A stretch of 64,000 bases of DNA from Octopus sinensis. Lineage: Eukaryota. How positions within the stretch are numbered: the stretch's first letter is position 1; each line of letters opens with the position of its first letter. Below are positions 62,852-64,000 of the stretch, piece after piece. A program made the position numbers and the translations under genes. The notes below the pieces were generated by a model. That model searched no databases and was not told the DNA's origin. It worked only from the letters and a program-made list of their open reading frames with translations. Where the stretch lies: assembly GCF_006345805.1 (NCBI RefSeq), contig NW_021831846.1, positions 124,001-188,000 on the forward strand, given 5' to 3'.

Positions 62852-63246
62852 CTAGCAGTATCGCCCGGCGTTGCTCAGGTTTGTAAGGGAAATAACTATA
62901 TAAGCATTTTTAGAGATGTAAAGTATAATAGCCATCTCAATATGGCTAACCACAAAGGGGGGGTGTTACTGTAGCTTTTTACGTTCTGAGATTTAATAAT
63001 GCATTTTTATAGAGTTACTTCCCTTATATAATAGCAAAAAAATGCATTAAAAATGGGGAAAAATGATGGTAAATTTTTTTTTTAATCGTAGACTCATCGT
63101 AGACGCGCGCTAAATACCCAGAAGGGCTCGATATGAATCACGACTATAAGATACCTGCTTTTGGTTACACTGCACTGCAAAATGTGGGAGTAGTTAGGAA
63201 TCTAAATCGTAGGAGACACACACAACTTCACTTTTATATATAAAGA
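62852..63246 (-). mobile_element. Non-autonomous Helitron, copy 4 (different internal segment)
   Basis: Same termini and A|T site; about 62915-63005 is not shared with copies 1-3. Confidence 0.86.
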
Positions 63247-63349
63247 TGTCCTTTTACAATGTACTGGACTGCAAAAATGTATTGATAATTTTTGTTTTCT
63301 CACTTTTAATTTAAAATTTAACTAATGTACAAATTTTTTTTTATTGCAG

Positions 63350-63450
63350 TGTTTAGTCAACAACCACCTGTACACTTAAGTGCACCTGCACCTGTCCATC
63401 CTGGGCCCCTGGTGCAAAGCAGTCTTGGTCAGCCTATTAGTAATTTGACG
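63350..63450 (+). CDS. EIF4ENIF1: 4E-T coding exon 15 (MFSQQPPVHLSAPAPVHPGPLVQSSLGQPISNLT)
   Basis: ACTAAT branch-like site, T tract, ttgcAG, ACG|GTAATA donor, phase 1 to 0. PAPVHxG resembles 4E-T. Confidence 0.85.
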
Positions 63451-63899
63451 GTAATAATCACATTCATCCTTTTTTTTTCTTTTTTAATTGCTTAGCCACA
63501 GGTCACAGCCTTCATTGAGATCGGTTTAACTTCCCACCTATTCCTGGAATTCATTTTATGAGTGAGTGATCTTGGAGCTATGTGAACTGTATTTTTGCTC
63601 AAAAACTCAACCCCCTGCCTAGTCAGGAATTGAAACCACTATCCTACATGTATGAGTGCAGCCACTATCCACTAGGCTATGCACCTTCACTATTAGTAAT
63701 ATATAAAGCAAGACAGTTTCTGAACATTTAGATTGCTTAATAAATTTTTCACTGTTTGTTACAGTTGCTAATAAACGCTAAAGCCATTTCTGAAGATCAC
63801 TTGGACATGATAATGGAAATTTTAGGTGTTTATGTCATTAATCATTGAAATTGGTGTTTGCTTAATGAATTGATGAAATTATCTTTTTCCATTCTTCAG

Positions 63900-64000
63900 A
63901 GTGCAACCAACATACGACCTCACAGTGTGCTTCCGCGCGTGAACAGCCCCAAGGATATGATGTCCTTTAAGAAGGATATGGAAGAACATGAACGATTTCT
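63900..64000 (+). CDS. EIF4ENIF1: 4E-T coding exon 16, truncated by window end (SATNIRPHSVLPRVNSPKDMMSFKKDMEEHERF...)
   Basis: ttcttcAG acceptor, phase 0, open to the end of the window. Confidence 0.78.

Overview
AT-rich, repeat-dense animal genomic DNA. The SINE, RTE and Penelope repertoire looks like that of an octopod cephalopod (inference from repeat style, not a database result). The whole window lies inside one + strand gene, an orthologue of EIF4ENIF1 (4E-T, eIF4E transporter, P-body scaffold). I reconstructed 16 coding exons by hand from 4697 to the window end. All introns are GT-AG and phase-consistent, giving about 939 codons; the 3' end and any 5' non-coding exon fall outside the window. 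The protein carries the canonical YXXXXLphi eIF4E-binding motif (YSR|ERLL, split by an 8.2 kb intron), the VWDPEKW second site, VLSPQRRSFGxGC, RRIGSGRI, the Cup-homology domain PEWFxxGPxSxxDTIELxGF, SRFSRWF, TVAEIE and DMSAFNKL, plus long polyQ/polyH/polyT low-complexity exons. Introns hold tRNA-headed SINEs with shuffled heads and tails, RTE/CR1/Penelope fragments, TTAA-flanked, hAT-like and Merlin-like MITEs, and four non-autonomous Helitrons. Most short ORFs in the supplied track are repeat or microsatellite noise. I found no convincing wholly new multi-gene system. The best leads are: a promoter-like island in intron 2 that could yield an eIF4E-blind isoform or an antisense RNA, a 90-bp-arm intronic palindrome, a sense-strand Penelope-type hammerhead ribozyme motif, a twin-priming-style inverted RTE insertion, a combinatorial SINE head/tail matrix, and an unexplained 81-bp near-perfect direct repeat.
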